This document shows positions 61,176-64,000 of a DNA stretch of 64,000 nt, piece by piece. The translations under genes were made by a program, and so were the position numbers. Positions within the stretch are counted from its first letter, which is position 1. The number at the start of each line of letters is the position of its first letter. Location of the stretch: positions 91,638,001 through 91,702,000 of the forward strand of contig OZ076409.1 of assembly GCA_964187785.1 (NCBI GenBank), in the 5' to 3' direction. Source of the stretch: Amphiscolops sp. MND2022 (Eukaryota). The notes beneath the pieces were generated by a model. That model did not search any database. It saw nothing but the letters and a program-made list of their open reading frames with translations, and was not told the DNA's origin.

Positions 61176-62076
61176 AACAAACATGTTCCGATGCGAAATT
61201 TATCAAAAAAAAAACAAAATAATGTCTAAATCTGCTTTCTCTGAAAAGCGAGACCTTGAAAACTAGCTAGTTTTACAGTTTTGCTACAAATTAGGTGAAT
61301 AGGCTCCTGAAGCGCCCTGAAAGTTAAAAATGTCAGCATTGCTGTTATAGTGGGAATCAGTGAAGCTGAAACATGTCTGCAAAAAATTGTTTTTTCCATC
61401 AAAAGGAAATTTTACCACCAAAAAAACTCAATTCTTAGACTCATAGCGCAAGTTTCGAGAAATTTTTGAACAGAGGACAAAGAAGTTCACGAAAATTTCT
61501 GCTAGAATTGCAATAGTGAAGTATTCCGTATTGTCAGGATGATAACAAAAAGTAAGATTGAAGTTTCTATTGTTACCTCTTGTCTAACTTTAACGTGAAC
61601 TGTGTTCTAAACTAATGAAGTATTAATGCAAACATTTAGCGCGCAATAGGATCTTTGCCCATTTCAATGGTATTCTTCTACGTATTGGACGTTCGTTTCT
61701 CATCTCCGCTAGTGGTGACAGGTTTAACCTTTTTACGGTGTTTCTCGTAAACAATATGGTTAACTGGATTGTTCAATCGAACAATCGGGATAAATTCCGT
61801 TGTTTTTTTGATCATCGTAAACTACTTTCAATCTGTGGTGGTATGTTTTTGTTTCTATCTGTTCTTAAGCTGAAACCGCCTTTTTCAAAATAGTTATCAA
61901 ATACCTTCCCATTTTCGTCTCTAACTTGAAAATATTGCACATTCATTCGCATCTGCAATTGCACGGTCTCCGTCAGAGTCCGACAAAGGGACCGCTAAGA
62001 TAGCGGTAACTGTTCAGTGCTTTGGGTGGATGTCCGTTGTTAGCCTGGTTTCTCCGCCTGTGAAGATAAATTTGAT

Positions 62077-62614
62077 CGTACGGCGACAACTCATTAAGCG
62101 ACAACTCATATCAGGCGACAACTCATATCAATTTTAAAAAGCGACAACTCATATCAAGCGACAACTCATATCAATCAAAACTCATATCAGAAAATCAAAA
62201 TCTACATTTAATGTGAATAATTAACTAGAATATTAGAGAAAACTACTTAATTGATGAATAATTATTAGAAATAATGGAATAGAAGCAAGATTTTATGCTA
62301 AATATCATGTCATGGATAATCACTCTCTTATCACACCTTCATACAAAAGGGTTGCAGAGAAAATAATCTTGAGTATAGCGCATAAAATGGATAAGTCCAA
62401 ATATTCCTTGGAATTTCTAATTGTAGTTAATTATAAAGTATTACAATTAGGTATTATTACAATTCATGTATTTGTAACCTGTAGACAAACCTGATATGAG
62501 TTTTCCTATTTTCTAATTGATATGAGTTATCGCTTCATATGAGATGTCGCATTTTTGAATTGATATGAGTTGTCGCCTGATGAGTTGTCGCTTGATATGA
62601 GTTGTCGCTATGCC
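62077..62614. mobile_element. Foldback MITE (Mutator- or Merlin-like)
   Basis: Long inverted arms built from gcgacaactcatatc repeats; 9-bp flanks aaatttgat / taatttgat (8/9 TSD). Confidence 0.7.
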
Positions 62615-64000
62615 TAATTTGATCTGTTCCGGAATGAACAACGGCGTCCTCTCTCGAATGCGCCCTTTGATTTTTGGGGTGATGACTTCCGGGCTTGAAA
62701 ACTACAGGTTACTGTAGTATTGCTGGTGGTTGTCTTCTGACTGGACTGTTTCCTCGAAGACATATCCATGCTCACGAATCCTCTCAGTCGTCCAGCGACC
62801 CGGTTTGTTTAATTCTATTCAAATGCAAAAATGGGTTCATTTTGTAATTACCGTTGTAAACTTTCATTGTTGGACACTGCTTTTGCCGCCAACACTGTCT
62901 GTAATTGTTCAGAAAATTGACTCCAATTTTGTTCTCGTATTTTCTTCCCATAAAACGGGTATTTATTTATTCTTTTTGAGAAATTTTTCTTGTTTCAATT
63001 AAAGATGGAAGGGGCGACCGCCTTCAGCACTGAATGTATCAACCTGTCAGGTTTCTTATTGGACCAATAAATTATATAGAAGGTCAATTGAATTCGATAC
63101 CCTTGTTGAAATTGCTCGAAAGTTCAACATGCATTTCAAGGTTGCCAGCAACTTCTATTATAATTTTCCTAATTCTTACGGAAACTTTCATGAAAAAAAA
63201 TTTTACTGTTCCATTCAACTCTTTGAAAATATCTCCGAAGTTTTGGCGGCAACTTCAAGCGTTAAAACTTTGCAAGTTCCACTAAGAAGCTGTTATGACT
63301 TTGAATACAAGTTGCTATTAGTTGTTACACCATCTTATTGTAAAATAACTTCAGTAGCGTAGAAAGCTGCAAATTAGCGTCTCTTTAGCGTCCTATATGT
63401 GAAGCATCCATCACATCAGATGAGATGTTGAGGTGAGAAAGTGGTAACGCAAAGTGATCGTGTCGGTAACGAAGTGGAAAGTAATTTCCTTTTAACTATA
63501 TTAGTGTGAACTGCAGTGTAATCTTAAAGTATTCAACACTGAACGATTAGTGAGTTTTCTAAGTTTTATGAAAATTAAGCCAGCATGCAGCGCTGCTGCA
63601 TGTAAAAAGTTCCGGCAGTCTTAATTAGGGTATATAGTACGCCAATGATGACTATATAGTCGTCAGCCCAACTTTGAGGAGAAATGGATTTTCTCCCAAT
63701 TCGCTGTCCACGTGAATGAGGTTGTGGACTTCTGACTCATTCAAAAAAAACAATCAGCTACAAAATATTTTTGAAACCCTTTCCTATTCACAAACACTGG
63801 TAATTGATTTTTTTGTACTGATATTGCAAAATTTTGAAATTTCAAGGCTTAAAACAATTCCAATGAAATTTCATCTCGCTTACCAGAAACGTTGTTTGTT
63901 CTGAGACACGTCATAATCTAGTCTGCTAAACCCAAAAAACCTGTTGATTTAAAATTTTTGCTATACAAGAAAGTGCATACGCTATTTTGTGTCTACCCAG

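Noticed and set aside
62086..62610. gcgacaactcatatc repeats as CRISPR or iterons
   Set aside because: They form inverted arms of a MITE with a 9-bp TSD.
61900..62810. Host exon interrupted by the MITE
   Set aside because: After removing the MITE, the minus-strand frames I read were short and unrecognisable.

Overview
AT-rich, repeat-dense eukaryotic (metazoan-type) DNA with spliceosomal introns; the organism cannot be established from the sequence. One host gene can be reconstructed: a 5-exon, ~246-aa TMEM8/myomaker-like (CREST superfamily) membrane protein on + (10462-40035), whose introns are full of TEs. The window is dominated by an unusual Ty3/Gypsy LTR-retrotransposon family present as three diverged subfamily copies. 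Element A is full-length (22213-38235, minus, 1865-bp LTRs, TCATC TSD). Element B is an LTR-internal-LTR-internal tandem (43908-60247, plus). The third copy is a solo LTR (13407-14797). After gag-pol, A and B carry two extra genes: an antisense, intron-containing gene resembling a catalytically dead BED-finger hAT transposase, and a sense orphan ORF that runs into the 3' LTR. Gag starts ~195 codons inside the LTR and no polypurine tract is visible. Also present: a full-length CR1/L2-group LINE whose ORF2 follows ORF1 in frame after a single TGA and begins with a 2A (StopGo) motif, three families of Helentron-type non-autonomous elements (HINEs) carrying tRNA-like segments, three MITEs, and Tc1-like relics. 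All protein-family assignments are by motif recognition by eye, not by database search.
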